Source: Octopus vulgaris
Lineage: Eukaryota
NCBI GenBank assembly: GCA_951406725.2
Contig: OX597819.1
Location: 70,680,001-70,744,000 of the forward strand
DNA length: 64,000 bases
Direction: 5' to 3'
Under the pieces are notes generated by a model. It was not told the origin of the DNA. It worked only from the letters and a program-made list of their open reading frames with translations, and made no database searches. Shown here one piece after another: positions 1-14,067 of the stretch. Position 1 is the stretch's first letter, and each line of letters begins with the position of its first letter. A program made the translations under genes and the position numbers.

Positions 1-387
1 ATTTCTTCAATTACAATTTACCTAGCAGTTTTAAGAGTACAATGCATCGCGTCATGCCAGGTCCAGTTTTTAAAATTTAAACTCCAATTAAGCAAAATTT
101 ACAGAAAACTCACATTCTGGTGTGTGTGTCAAATGCTTTTCTTAGTCTGGTTTACACCACACGCAAACGCACACACACAGTGGGCAACGAATAAAATGAA
201 AGTAAATGTAATATTTGTTTCTGTCTATCACGCTGATAGATACATGAGTAAAATGTATGGGAAGCTAACAGATAACAGTGAGTGAAAATGTTCTTGGAAG
301 AGAGTAAATTAGCGACAGTGATTTGAGGAAGACTAAACTGAAACTATGAAACAGTGTTTATGTATAAACAGACGACACTTATATAAA

Positions 388-710
388 CCCTTTCGTTACC
401 AAACCGCCCGAATTTACCTATTCATATTTAAATGAGAATATCAGAGTAAATCTCTTTAGTACATTCGTGAACACACGTATTATACTTCGTAAACACTTCA
501 AATACAGTTTTGTACAAAAATCGAAGTGTAATTTTAATTCCGTGAATTATGGGAGATTTTTTTCCGAAATTTGTTCCTATTGTGTTTTCAAAATTTGTAA
601 TTCTGACAAAAAATGGATACGAATTTCATTATATCAAGCAGCGAGTCAGAATTCGAAGGATTTTCTACTGAAGACCTTCATAAATCTAACTCTATGACTG
701 AAAAAAAAAA
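388..710 (+). mobile_element. Possible piggyBac-like 5' fragment
   Basis: Starts TAAA|CCCTTTCGTTACC (resembles TTAA|CCC ends). The ATG at 613 opens an acidic stretch MDTNFIISSSESEFEGFSTEDL like piggyBac transposase N-termini. No right TIR seen. Confidence 0.3.
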
Positions 711-713
711 GCA

Positions 714-1105
714 TCTTTATATAAGAGTGAAGTTGTGTGTCTGTCCCCTTCGATTTACATTCGTAATTACTCCCACATTTTGCGGTGCAGTTTAACCAAA
801 AGCGGGTATCTTATAGTCGTGATTCATATCGAGCCCTTCTGGGTATTAGCGCGCGTCTACGATGAGTCTACGATTTTAAAAAAATTTACCATCATATTTT
901 TCCATTTTAATGCATTTTTTCGCTTTTATATAAGGGAAGTAACTCTCTAAAAATATCTACGATGTGTCAACGATTTAAAAAAATTTACCTTAATTTTTTT
1001 TCAATTTTTAATGCATTTTTTTGCTATTTTTTGGCTATAACTCTCTAAAAATGCTTATATAGTTATTTCCCTTACAACCCGAGCAACGCCGGGCGATACT
1101 GCTAG
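714..1105 (+). mobile_element. Non-autonomous Helitron
   Basis: 5' A|TC, 3' CTAG|T, and a GC hairpin CCCG(A)GC-AAC-GCCGGG at 1078-1093 just upstream of the CTAG; no TSD. Confidence 0.75.
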
Positions 1106-1621
1106 TTTATAATACGTGCCAAGCTTAGAATAACAATATAAATACTGCGGTCGATTTGTTCCACTAAATCCTTCAAGGCGGTGCTCCAGCATGACCACAG
1201 TCTAATGACTGAAGCAAGTAAAAGATAAAAGAACACACACGCACACACACACACACACACACGCATACACACACGCCCATGTCAATGATGGTGACCAGGT
1301 GTCCTCTGCTAATTATTCTGGCCTTTTGCATTCCGAGTTTAAATCCTGCCACGAACTGTTAATTGGGATTGATTTAACACCTCCCTATGCCTCCATGGGT
1401 GCCTTTAATGGAACCCACTGTGTTGCAAGCATTCGGGACTGGCATCGGGTGTGAGAATACCTCCTCTATCTCCTCTCCGTCATTCCCAGCAATTTCAGAG
1501 GCGCACTGCTTTCCTTCCTCACTAAGAGGTAAATAAAAACAATAGCATTAAAACAAAACAAAACTATTCATAAAATAGATTCTAGTAGATATTTACATAT
1601 ACCTGGATATATATACATATA

Positions 1622-1736
1622 TCTTTAACGTTTCGAGCCTACGCTCTTCCACATAAACAAACACAGAAAGAAACAAGGAGAGAAAATAAAGAATGTGCAG
1701 TGGCTATATACATACATACATACATACATACATACA

Positions 1737-1829
<93 letters not shown>

Positions 1830-2035
1830 GTATATACACAGCGCCATGATAGATCGCTTATCACTACACATTCTTTATTTTCTCTCCTTGTTTCTTTTTG
1901 TGTTCCTTTATGTGGAAGAGCGTAGGCTCGAAACGTTAAAGACTTTTTCACTTCCCGGGCGTTATACTAATACATCTGTTTGTTGTCTACACCACCTGTC
2001 TTCGTCTTTTGTTTTTTTCTGAATTCTCCCCACCC
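1622..2035 (+). mobile_element. Penelope-type pLTR inverted pair with HHR-like motif
   Basis: About 80-bp inverted arms 1622-1702 / 1862-1942 around a microsatellite. Motif ATGTGGA-A-GAGC-GTAG-GCTC-GAAA-CG-TT. The same family occurs on the minus strand at 46570-46693. Confidence 0.55.
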
Positions 2036-2036
2036 C

Positions 2037-2070
<34 letters not shown>

Positions 2071-2134
2071 TGTATGTATGTATGTATGTATGTATGTATG
2101 TATGTATGTATGTATGTATGTATTTATGTATATA

Positions 2135-2529
2135 TTCGTTTATTTCTTTCAGTCACTTGACTGCGGCCATGCTGGAGCACAGCCTTTAGTCGGACAAATC
2201 AACCCCAGGACTTATTCTCTGCAAGCCTAGTACTTATTCTATCGGTCTCTTTGGGCCGAACCGCTTAGTTACGGGGACGTAAACTCACCAACATCGGTTG
2301 TCAAGCGATGGTAGTGGTGGTGGGGGAACAAACGTAGACACACACATGTACACACAGACACACACACATATATATATTTACGACGGGCTTCTTTCAGTTT
2401 CCATCTGCCAAATCCACTCACAAAACGATATAGTAGAAGACACTTGCCAAGGTATCATGCAGTGGGACTGAACCCGGAACCATATGGTTAGTAAGCAAGC
2501 TACATACTACACAGCCACTCCTGCGCTTC
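2135..2529 (-). mobile_element. tRNA-derived SINE, family B (CORE-like ACCTTGGGCAAGT, internal microsatellite)
   Basis: Head, middle and tail match about 15 other copies in this window. Confidence 0.8.
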
Positions 2530-2544
2530 ACATGTATATATATA

Positions 2545-2629
<85 letters not shown>

Positions 2630-2853
2630 GTGTGTGTATATGTATATAAATGTATATATATGTATATATATATGTATATATATATGTATATGTATATATA
2701 TATATGTATATATATGTGTATATATATATATGCATATATATACATGTATATATATATGTATATATATATGCATATACATATCTATATACATACATATGCG
2801 TGTATAAATATATGTATATATATATGTATATATATATATGTAAATATATGTAT

Positions 2854-2980
<127 letters not shown>

Positions 2981-3240
2981 CACACACACACACACACGCG
3001 CACACACACACACACAAGTAGGTATTTACAACATTTACAAGTGTCTAGAATTCCCAGTGCTGTCTGCCGTCAGATAAAGGCGATAAGATGAGACAAAGTT
3101 GAAAATATCTTGTTTGTCTGGATTCGTTTTATGTTATTTTTCTTTTCGTTGATTCTGGTGTTATTTTTGTTATACTTCGCTCTCAGTACATACAAACATA
3201 CACACACATATATACATACATACATACATACATACATACA

Positions 3241-3319
<79 letters not shown>

Positions 3320-3449
3320 AAACACACACACACAGATATATATTTGTATACTACATACGTTACGTATAAGTTTGTGTGTATATACACATGCATGTACATA
3401 TATAACATACATGCATACATCGAAATGCATATCTATATTCATATGTGTA

Positions 3450-3496
<47 letters not shown>

Positions 3497-3586
3497 CTAA
3501 TACTTTACATCACAATACTTTACATGTACCACATCCTCACGTTGGTTTTTTTTTGTGTTTATCTCTTTTTGGGGATTTACTATACA

Positions 3587-3696
<110 letters not shown>

Positions 3697-3887
3697 TATG
3701 AGGTTAGCTGAGTTAGAGGTTAAAATAACCGTCTAAGCTCTAGACTCTAAGGTATAGCAGTATCCATTACACTACTGGTTTATTACCTAACTTTAATCAT
3801 GGGCATACCTATGCAAGCATATTATGCTCATAAATTATAAGACAAAGATAAACATGGGTTTATCAAGAATCAAAATTCAAAGAAAAC

Positions 3888-4018
3888 AGAAAATGGAGAA
3901 ATATCGACGAACAACAATTGACTTACATGAGTTATTATTTATTAATTATTAAGTATTTAATTAATAAATAATAATTGATGTTAGTTAATTGTTGTTCGTC
4001 AATATTTCTCCATTTTCT
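3888..4018. repeat. About 130-bp imperfect palindrome
   Basis: AGAAAATGGAGAAATATCGACGAACAACAATT ... AATTGTTGTTCGTCAATATTTCTCCATTTTCT. Confidence 0.85.
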
Positions 4019-4036
4019 ATCTTTTGTATATATATA

Positions 4037-4592
4037 CACACAGACATGCAAAAAGTAAACAGACACATTTAATTTTCAAAATTTCTGATCTAAGCGTCTT
4101 AATATCTTTTCAGCGGTGTAGAATTTCCAATGTAATTATTCTCTTTCATTCCAGGTGCCATTATATTAACCATTTGCGAAGAGTAACCATGCCACGCACA
4201 AAAAATTCAGCAGAACTGTCAGATTTTCAAAGAGGTTGTATTGTTGGGCAATCTGAAGCTGGTCTTTGCTGAAAATCTTCAAATTCCTCTTGCTGCTGTT
4301 AATAGAATTATAGTGCAATTCACAAGCCAAGGAAAAGAATCAACAGATTCTCGTACCGGCCGACTTGGGCCCTCGGAAAGGAAGCTTCGCTATTTGAAGA
4401 GGATTGTGGAAAACGAACCCTGTTCGAAGGCTTCTGACGTTGCAAAACAGCTAGAAGTTTGTCCAAGAACGTGTGTTATATATCTGCATAAGCTTGGGTA
4501 TTATGGACTAGCAGCTAGAAGAAAACCTCTCCTTCAACAAATTGATATCAAATAAAAGATTTTGAAAAGTAAAGGTGGGTATTTACTTCCTG

Positions 4593-4602
<10 letters not shown>
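4037..4602 (+). mobile_element. Internally deleted Tc1-family DNA transposon
   Basis: About 45-bp imperfect TIRs (CACAGACATGCAAAAAGTAAAC...TTTTCAAAAT and its complement at about 4557-4602), TA on the left, transposase N-terminus inside. Confidence 0.8.
4189..4555 (+). pseudogene. Tc1 transposase N-terminal paired-HTH fragment (frameshifted, no DDE domain)
   Basis: [20 protein letters not shown]... frameshift near 4265 ...SRTGR...[17 protein letters not shown]; GRPR-like and RRKPLL motifs typical of Tc1. Confidence 0.85.
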
Positions 4603-4653
<51 letters not shown>

Positions 4654-4867
4654 GAATATCAATTACTGCAATTTTTTTAACAGTACATCGAATTATCTTA
4701 CGTAACATAGCGAATATCCCGTATCTGTCTGGTCTTCTCTCTCTCTCTTCGGATACTTGCGAAGAGGAAAATGCGAAAACCGTGCCAGCAGGAAAAAAAA
4801 TTTGAGAGTGGAGATTGGAATTTGTTAAGAAACGATGGCGTGCTTTATTCGCACACACACACACATA

Positions 4868-4955
<88 letters not shown>

Positions 4956-5034
4956 ATATGTATAATATACATATACACACACAGACACAGACACATGCCC
5001 ACACACACACAAGCACACACAGACACACACATAT

Positions 5035-5078
<44 letters not shown>

Positions 5079-5145
5079 ACACGCGCGCGCGCACACTCGT
5101 ATGTGATTGTGTGGATGTTTATGTTTCCATATGAATCTATGATAA

Positions 5146-5538
5146 GGCGGCGAGCTGTCAGAAACGTCAGCACGCCGGGCGAAATGCGTAGCCGTATTTC
5201 GTCTGCCGTTACGTTCTGAGTTCAAATTCCGCCGAGGTCGACTTTGCCTTTCATCCTTTCGGGCTCGATAAATTAAGTACCAGTTACGCACTGGGGTCGA
5301 TGTAATCGACTTAATCCGTTTGTCTCCTTTGTTTGTCCCCTCTGTGTTTAGCCCCCTGTGGGTAGTAAAGAAATAGAAATTTCGTCTGTCTTTACGTTCT
5401 GAGTTTAAATTCCGCTGAGGTCGACTTTGCCTTTCATCCTTTTGGGGTTGATAAATTAAGTACCAGTTGCGTACTGGAGTCGATTTAATCGGCTGCCCCC
5501 CAAAATTTCGGGCCTTGTACCGAGAGTAGAAAAGAATA
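5146..5538 (+). mobile_element. tRNA-derived SINE, family A, plus tandem partial copy
   Basis: GGCGGCGAGCTG head, B box GAGTTCAAATTCC, central GTCGACTTTGCCTTTCATCCTTTCGGGGTCGATAAATTAAGTACC segment, repeated at about 5378-5538. Confidence 0.8.
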
Positions 5539-5548
5539 TGAATTTATG

Positions 5549-5945
5549 ACTGTTTGGTAAGAAGTTTGCTTCCCAACCATATGGCTCTGAGTTCAATCCC
5601 ACTGCGTAGTATCTTGGGAGTGAATTTAGTAAAAAATTTAGTAAAAACACCTATCATACAAACACGCTCCCCCCACACGTGTATATGTGTGTGTGTTTGT
5701 GTGTGTGACTTGTGTGTATGTATATATGTGTGTGTGTATGTGTCTTTGCGTCAGCGCTTGTTCCTCACCAACGCTCAACAACCGGTGTTGAAATGTTTAC
5801 GCCACCGTAACTTAGCGGTTCAGCAAAAGTTACTGATAGAATAAGTACCAGGCTTCTAAAAAATACTGAGGTTGATTCATTCGACTAAAATTCTTCAGGG
5901 CGGTGCCCCAGCATGACCGCAGTCTGATGCCTGAAACGAATAACG
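5549..5945 (+). mobile_element. Degenerate SINE family B
   Basis: Head GGTAAGAAGTTTGCTTCCCAACC and tail GGCGGTGCCCCAGCATGACCGCAGTC. Confidence 0.65.
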
Positions 5946-6082
5946 TATTGAAACATTATGTATACATATGCAAGCATGCATACATGTACACACACACACA
6001 CACACACACACGTGCGTTCATATACGTATGTATTCTTGCTAATATTCATCTTTGTGTGTGTGTATGTGTGTGTGTGTGTGTG

Positions 6083-6305
6083 CACAAATTTGTGGACACA
6101 TGCGTACATGTGTGTGTGTGTGTATATACACACACAAATTCATGAATACATGGCCACATGTGCCTACGTGCTTATGTGTTTGTGCATGTGTGTGTGTGTG
6201 TGCGTGTGTGTGAGCGTGCGTGCGTGTGTAAACAAATTCATGAACGCATGCGCACATTTGCGTCCGTGTATATACACAAATTCGTGAACGCATGCATACA
6301 TGTGC
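6083..6305 (+). repeat. Degenerate minisatellite (about 27-bp unit separated by TG-rich spacers)
   Basis: CACAAATTyrTGrAyrCATG.. recurs at about 6083, 6133, 6232 and 6276. Confidence 0.6.
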
Positions 6306-6728
6306 GCGCGCGCGTGTGTGTGTGTGTGTGTGTGTATGCGTGTGAGTATGTGTGTGTGTATATATGTGTGTGTGTGTGCATGTGTGCGTGTTTGTATGCG
6401 TGTGTGCGTGTGTACATACGTGTGTTCGCGAGCGTGTATTATTCCTTTAATGTATACAACATGGCTTCCACTCCTGCCGTGTTCATTTTCTATAATTTTC
6501 CTGTCTGCGAATTGAAATACCATTCGCCGTGACGACAATATGGCGAAGTAATAACTTCCTGCTGATCTGCAGAAAACCAGAAATATGGCTGTTTCTGAAG
6601 AACCATTTTAAGTTATTCATTTATTTTTCAGTGGGGCGATTGACTCACCGATGGAGATATGTGAGGAGGTGTACATCTAGGCATGTATTTATTATGTGTA
6701 TGTGTGCGTATGGGGGGAGGAGTAAGCA

Positions 6729-6764
<36 letters not shown>

Positions 6765-6836
6765 CACATACACCGATGCATACATGCATGTATGTACGTA
6801 TGCATATAATTAGTGTGTACATTTTAGCATATCACA

Positions 6837-7065
6837 GGCGTAGGAGCAGCTGTGTGGTAAGTAGCTTGCTTACCAACCACATGGGTCCGAGTTCAGTCCC
6901 ACTGCGTGGCACCTTGGGCAAGTGTCTTCTACTATAGCCTCGGGCCGACCAAACTCTTGTGAATAGATTTGGTAGACGGAAACTGAAAGAAGCCTGTAGT
7001 ATATATATATATGTATGAGTGTATATGTTTGTGTATCTGTGTTTGTCCCTCCCAACATCGCTTGT
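6837..7065 (+). mobile_element. SINE family B (3' truncated)
   Basis: GGCGTAGGAGCAGCTGTGTGGTAAG...GTTCAGTCCCACTGCGTGGCACCTTGGGCAAGTG. Confidence 0.8.
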
Positions 7066-7408
7066 GTGTATGTGTGTGCATATATATATATGTACGTATA
7101 GGTGTATACGTATATGTGCATTAGTTATAGTATGTTCACAAATACCTATATATATTTGCGTGTGTATACACACACACGCACACACACACACATACACACA
7201 CACTATATATATATATATATACATACATACATACATAGACATATTTTTGAGTGTATGCGGGTGCTGTATGTAAAGTAATAACAATAAACACTAAAGAAAA
7301 CATCACAGTAACAACGATGCAATTAGTTTAACGCTTTGGAGGAAAAACAGTGCTTTTACATTTCGTACTTCTGTTCTTTATCGGAACAAAAATGAGAGAT
7401 TATGTGAA

Positions 7409-7741
7409 GGCGCATGGCTCAGTGGTTAGAGCGTCGAGCTTACGATCGTGAGGTTGTGAGTTCGAATCCCAGACCGGGTTGCGTGTTGTGTTCTTGAGAA
7501 GACACTTTATTTCATGTACCTCCAGTTCACTCAGCTGTAGAAATGAGTTATGACGTCACAGGTGCCAAGCTGTATCAGCTCCTTTGGCTTTCCCTTGGAT
7601 AACACTGGTGGCGTGCAGAGGGGAGGCCGGTATGCATGGGCGACTGCTAGCCTTCCATAAACAACCTTGCCCGGACTTGTGCCTGGGAGGGTAACTTTCT
7701 AGGTGCAATCCCATGGTCAGTCATGACCGAAGGGGGTCTCA
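7409..7741 (+). mobile_element. tRNA(Arg)-like SINE, family D
   Basis: A box TGGCTCAGTGG, anticodon loop TT-ACG-AT, B box GAGTTCGAATCC, followed by a long non-tRNA body. Confidence 0.75.
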
Positions 7742-7814
7742 GCAACTCTCAGCAACTACAAGGAGAAAGAAACATAGAGTCTGTATAAAAGAGAAATACA
7801 TACGTGCATATATT

Positions 7815-7846
<32 letters not shown>

Positions 7847-8174
7847 TGTATGTATGTATGTATGTATGTATGTATGTATGTACGTATGTATGTATGCATG
7901 CATGCATGCATGCATGTATGTATGTATGTATGTATGCATGTATGTATGTATGTGTATGTGTGTATACACACACACACAAGATGTACTACTACACTCGGAG
8001 CTGTACATGATTATATATGCACACATCCACTTGCTCATCATTGTATACAACTCGCTTTTTCGGAAATCTAACGAACTCTCATGCTACACTCGCATTGATT
8101 GAAATCACAGCAGTTATCTTTTATTTAAATTCTGATTGAATAACTGCTAAAATGTTAACACGAAACCTCGTTAC

Positions 8175-8337
8175 ATTGTGAGTTCAAATTCCGCCGAGGT
8201 CGACTTTGCCTTTCATTCTTTCGGGGTCGATAAATTAAGTGCCAGTTATGCACTGGGTCGATGTAATCGACTTAATACCTATGTCTGTCCTTGTTTGTCC
8301 CCTCTATGTTTAGCCCCTTGTGGATAATAAAGAAATA
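8175..8337 (+). mobile_element. SINE family A (5' truncated)
   Basis: Matches the B box, central domain and tail of the copy at 5146. Confidence 0.8.
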
Positions 8338-8376
8338 GGTATCAGACTAATGAATTTTATTAAACTATATATACAT

Positions 8377-8498
<122 letters not shown>

Positions 8499-9982
8499 AC
8501 ACACACATAGTTCAGTCCCACTGTGTGGCACCTTGGGCAAGTGTCTTCTACTATAGCCTCGGTCCGACCAAAGTCTTCTGTGTGGATTTGGTAGACGGAA
8601 ACTGAACAACGCTAAGTGTCCCAGACCATATGAGCAACTCACCACGAAGTGATCGGAAATTGTAGATACCAATATTTTGTCATTATTGTGGTTTGTAAAT
8701 ACGATATACACGGATCACCTCAAAATGAAGTGAATCACTGGTCTGTGACTTATGTGCAAATATAGTCAAGTCTATTTGCTGATGTGCAGAAGTATAGAAC
8801 ATGCGAAAGGAAATTAAATTACGAATTAAAAGTAGATCTGGCAATATAAACATTATCGGTCGAACATACATCGTGTATGTGTTTTGTTGAAACGTTCATT
8901 TGCTGCGAGACAGCGCCAGTGGAACGCTCCCTGTACGCCGTCGTGTGTCCTAGACCAGGCGAGACAACTCAACCTGAAGTCATCGAGAATGGTAGATACT
9001 GATATAGATACATATGCTTAAATAATTACATATAAATGGGGGGAGGAAATGAGCCAAGAGAAATAATTCAGTGAGACCATTGGAATGTATTTGAATAACA
9101 AAGAGTAATAAGGATATATCAAATAGCATACATGATAAGCTCGTTTGGTATTGTTTTAGAGAGAGTAGAACAATCGCTTCCAGGGAGGGTAGAAGTGGTA
9201 ATTGGTATCAACTTCAAAGGAGATAATTTCAAGAATCAAAAAGTGTATATGTCTAAATGTGAATATGTGAATGCGAATAAAAATCTGTAAAACTTTCCAT
9301 AAGTTTATCATCTGAGTATATATGAGCATGTCTTGATATGTATAATACATACATACATACATACATACATACATACATACATACATACATACATACATAC
9401 ATACATACATACATACATACATACATACATACATACATACAAAAATACCCTGTTATCCATGTTGAAATTCCAATGAAGGAGCCTCGGATCTAGGTTAGAA
9501 ACCGGTTCTTTCTCTATTGGCAAAAAATTTTGAAATAATACTGAATAATGACACATACATACATACATACATACATACATACATACATACATACATACAT
9601 ACCCCAAACATGGAGCCTTGTTTCTTTGTTGGAAACCAACTTCCTCCTCAGTGGAAGATTTATAATAATAAAAAAATAGAAGATACATATAAACGTACAT
9701 ATACACACAAATATATGTACGTATGAATGTACGTATGTATATATGTAGTTGTTTTTCAGCAATCTAACGACACACGTGCTTTTCTTCGAACTATCTGCTT
9801 CTTCTTCTTTTTCTTCCTCTCTGGACTTTTTTCTCTTTCCGACAAAGAGCCATGCTCGAAACGTCATTTCCACTGCTATTTTTCCATATAAACCTTTCAC
9901 TGAGTGTCAATCTAATATATTCACTGTATATGTATAATTGACTTTTGTTGTTTTATTGTTTTTTTAACTATTTGATTTGCCT

Positions 9983-10425
9983 ACACACACACGCTTACAC
10001 ATGCTCTCTCACACAAACACCCACAAACACACGCTCACACACTCGCATACACATACTCACACACACAAACACACGCTCACACACTCGCATACACATACTC
10101 ACACATACATATAATCACACACATTCACACACACGTACATACACACACACGTATACATACACACTCCCACATGCACATACACACACACTCTCACACTACA
10201 CTCTTACACACACATACACACACACTCACACAGACACCCTCACACACTCACATACACATACTTACACACATACACACACATACACTTACACACGCACATA
10301 CACACACTCACATACACACACTCACATACACACACACACTCACACAGACACACACTCACACACACACACACACGCTCACACACGTACATACTCACACACA
10401 CACACACATTCACACACACGCACAT
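9983..10425. repeat. Degenerate (CA)n microsatellite
   Basis: Direct inspection. Representative of dozens of (TA)n, (CA)n, (TATG)n, (GATA)n and (GA)n tracts in the window. Confidence 0.95.
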
Positions 10426-12247
10426 ATGCTTGTATGAATGTATGTATTAAAGTGTGTTTTTGTGTGTGCGTATGTCTGTGTATGCTAGTTAGTGTATTGC
10501 ATTTTCAAATTCTCTCTCAGAACAAAACCAAGCGACTTTAATAACAACATGAAGAATAATAACAGCAAGCCACATTGGTAACAACTGCAAAGCTACTGAA
10601 AAAGAATAAAAATTACAAAAACAGCGAGTGAAAGATGGAGTCATGTTTTATTTAATACGTGTGCGCGTGTGCGTGCGTCGGTGTATTAATGGATGCACGC
10701 GTGACAATACGTATGCAACAACAACAACAACAACAACGATGATGATGATGATGATGATAATTAATGTAAAACCAACTACAGCAACAGTAAAAGGGAATGG
10801 GTAAAAAAATGGAAGAAAAACACACGCACACCGGAAATTTGACGTCAGTGTTAGTTTTGTAGCAGAAAGAAGCGTAATATTACGATCTATTAGCTTCCAC
10901 TTGACTAAGTTATATAATGTTCTGTCGCTTTCTGTCGTCTGTTCTTTGTCTTTTATATTCTCGGTAACTAGTCTCTCTCTCTCTCTCTCTCTCTCCCTCT
11001 CTCTCTCTCTCCCTCTCTCTCTCTCATTCTTCTCTCTGTCACTCCTCTCCCTCGCCCCCTCTCCGTGACCTCTCTCTCTCTCGTCCTCTCCTTTTGTATG
11101 TATGTATGTATGTATGTATGTATGTATGTATGTATGTATGCATGTATGTATATATGTGTGAGTGTGTGTATGTGCGTCTTTAAATGTTAATATATCATGT
11201 ATTAACACATATCAAAATATAAAATGAATTTATTGGGGTATATATATAAACCCCCTACACATACACATATATATATATACACATGTTGATAGACAAACAC
11301 AGATCCCACACATACGCGCACGCACACACACATACGCACACGCATACATGCACTCACATATACATATGCACACGCACATACATACATATAAACATATCAA
11401 TACACAAACACATAATGCAAAATGGCGGTATTTGTCCCGACACTTTATGTTCTGAGTTTAAATCCCTCCTAAGTCGACTTTGCTTTTCATCTTGTAGTGG
11501 GTATTTAAAACCAAATCTCTAGATATGCGATCACGCATCACGAGCGAACCACAGTAGTTTCCCGTGATCGGTCTATTAAACAGCCAATCAGCGTCAATCC
11601 ATCGCGTATTTCAATTTTCTAGAATTTTCTTTTTGTGCCTTATATAAAGCTTCTTTTAACGCCAAAAGTTTAAATAGGGTTTTGAGACCGACTTATTCAC
11701 ACATCTCTTACCAACGCAGAACGCTGAGTCAGTCGTGCGATACGTGCCTCCATTCTTCCTACATCAGATAGTTTCAGATATTTGTGCAGACATCTCCAAG
11801 TTTTTGAATAGACTGAACTAAACATTCACATAATGTCTTATAAGTAACTTCTTCGAACGCCGCATGGTTTTTCTTGTCCCCCCCCCCCAATTATTGTTGT
11901 TATTTGTAAAAGACCAGCACAGTTAAAATTCTGACCAATAATCAAATCTGTTAATTGTTCGCGAGTGTTGTTAGTAAATTCTTCACGCTGCCCGAGAAAT
12001 TTTCATTTCACTCACCCAACAGTTACTATTTTAACTTCCTCACTCAACAGTTACCATAACAGCGTTTGAAGAAACGCCAAACACGCTCGGGACAATCGTT
12101 TAAGGACCGATAAATGAGAGTATCAAACAATGGCGGAACTTCCGGTTATTTGTGACCACGCTGATGATCAATCCTATTCTCCTTGTCCTTTCCTTAGATC
12201 AATGTGAAATTGTGATGTGAGACTGACTTACCAGGGACACAACTTCG

Positions 12248-12337
<90 letters not shown>

Positions 12338-12568
12338 CTCAACACACATACGACGGCATTCTTTTAATTTCCGTCTACGAAATCCACTCACAAGGCTTTA
12401 GTTGGCCCGAGGTTATAGTAGAAAGCATTTGACCAAGGTGCCACGCAGTGGGACTGAATCCGGAACCATGTGGTTCGGAAGTAAAGGACAGGGTATAAGT
12501 GGGAGAATAACCAGCTTAAAAAAATAGAGGCCATTACAGTAGCAATTGAGAAAAAACCCCATAGAGAT

Positions 12569-12627
<59 letters not shown>

Positions 12628-12929
12628 CACAAACTAGAGAGTGTTCGTTAGTGATGGAGTGCTAATTAGTCAAGTGGCCCTTTTCTGGATGCAACATCCT
12701 GGTTGTAAGAGCAGTACTCCATTATGGACTTCATGTGGGCCGCGTATATTATCAGCGTCAGTTAGAGACTGAAATATCTTCTGGCTTTAAAGAGAAGGGC
12801 CAGAACAGTGTTTCTCAACCCCCCTTTTTTATGGACCCCTTTGATCTCTATTTTACGCGGATAGACCCTCATAGCCATTCGAGGTTTAAAAAACCCTATC
12901 ATATTCTTATAATCAAACATTGTTAGGAA

Positions 12930-13578
12930 TTCTTTTACTTGTTTCTGTCATTTGACTGCGGCCATGCTGGAGCACCACATTTAGTCGAGCAAATCGACCA
13001 CAGGACTTATTCTTTGTAAGCCTAGTAGTTATTCTATCGGTCTCTTTTGCCGAACCACTAAGTTATGGGGATGTAAACACACCAACAACGGTTGTCAAGC
13101 GATGGTGGGAGAACTAACACAGACACGCAAATACATACATATATACATACATACATACATACATATATATATGTGTGTGTGCGTGTGTGTATATATGTGT
13201 GTGTGTGTGTGTGGAGGCGCAACGGTCCATTGGTTAGGGCAGCGGACTCGCGGTCGTAGGATCGCGGTTTCGATTCCCTGACCGGGCGTTGTTAATGTTT
13301 ATTGAGCGAAAACACCTAAAAGCTCCACGAGGCTCCAGCAGTGGGTGGCGGCGATCTCTGCTGTGCTCTTTCGCCACAACTTTCTCTCACACTTTCCTCT
13401 GTTGGCCTGCTTAACCAGCGGGGTGGCGTCATTTGAAGGCTAAAACAATGCGAAGCTCATTGTGACCAGTGATGGGCAGCAACATCTGAGATAGCCTAGT
13501 CGGTCACGGTGATCACGGTGATACATACCTACATACATACATACATACATACATACATACATACATACATACATAGAT

Positions 13579-13677
<99 letters not shown>

Positions 13678-13840
13678 CGACGGGCTTCTTTCAGTTTCTG
13701 TCAAACAAATTCACTCACAAGGCTTTGCTCGGCTTGAAGTTATAGTAAAAGACACATGTCCAAGGTATCATGCAGTGGGACTGAACTCGGAACCATGTGG
13801 TTGGGAAGCAAGCTTCTTATCACACAGCTACTCCTGCGCC
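12930..13840 (-). mobile_element. SINE family B interrupted by a family C SINE
   Basis: Tail at 12930-13130, head at about 13677-13840. Confidence 0.8.
13213..13522 (+). mobile_element. tRNA(Arg, TCG)-like SINE, family C
   Basis: GGAGGCGCAA..GGTTAGGGCAGCGGAC-TCG-CGGTCGTAGGATCGCGGTTTCGATTCC head. Confidence 0.8.
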
Positions 13841-13966
13841 TAAAATTTTTTTAATGTTTTGTGTATTGTAGAAGTGCAACAAATTCATTGTAAACAAATT
13901 TGAACAACAAAATCTTATATGGACCTGCAATGGTCATGGGGATCCCAGTAGTGAACCAATGGACTA

Positions 13967-14067
13967 GGGTAGCGATTTTCAAACTGTCTTTTTTTTTTTT
14001 GTCACGACCCATTTTATTTATGTCGCGACCCACTGAAGGGTCGGGAACCACAGTTTGTAAAACGCTG
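13967..14067. mobile_element. Short hAT-like MITE
   Basis: Inverted ends (T)AGCGATTTTCAAACTG ... CAGTTTGTAAAACGCTG with internal GCGACCCA motifs. Confidence 0.5.

Larger units (their letters stand above)
12807..13961. mobile_element. hAT (Charlie-like) MITE split by nested SINEs
   Basis: CAGTGTTTCTCAAC terminus. Halves 12807-12930 and 13841-13961 join up to match the reverse complement of the copy at 48987-49218. Confidence 0.7.

Noticed and set aside
6083-6305. CRISPR-like repeat-spacer pattern
   Set aside because: Repeats are degenerate, spacers are TG microsatellite of irregular length, the context is eukaryotic and there are no cas genes.
7409-7490. Functional tRNA genes (also 13213, 58818 and 60216-60283)
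   Set aside because: A/B boxes are present, but acceptor stems are not intact and the heads run into SINE bodies.
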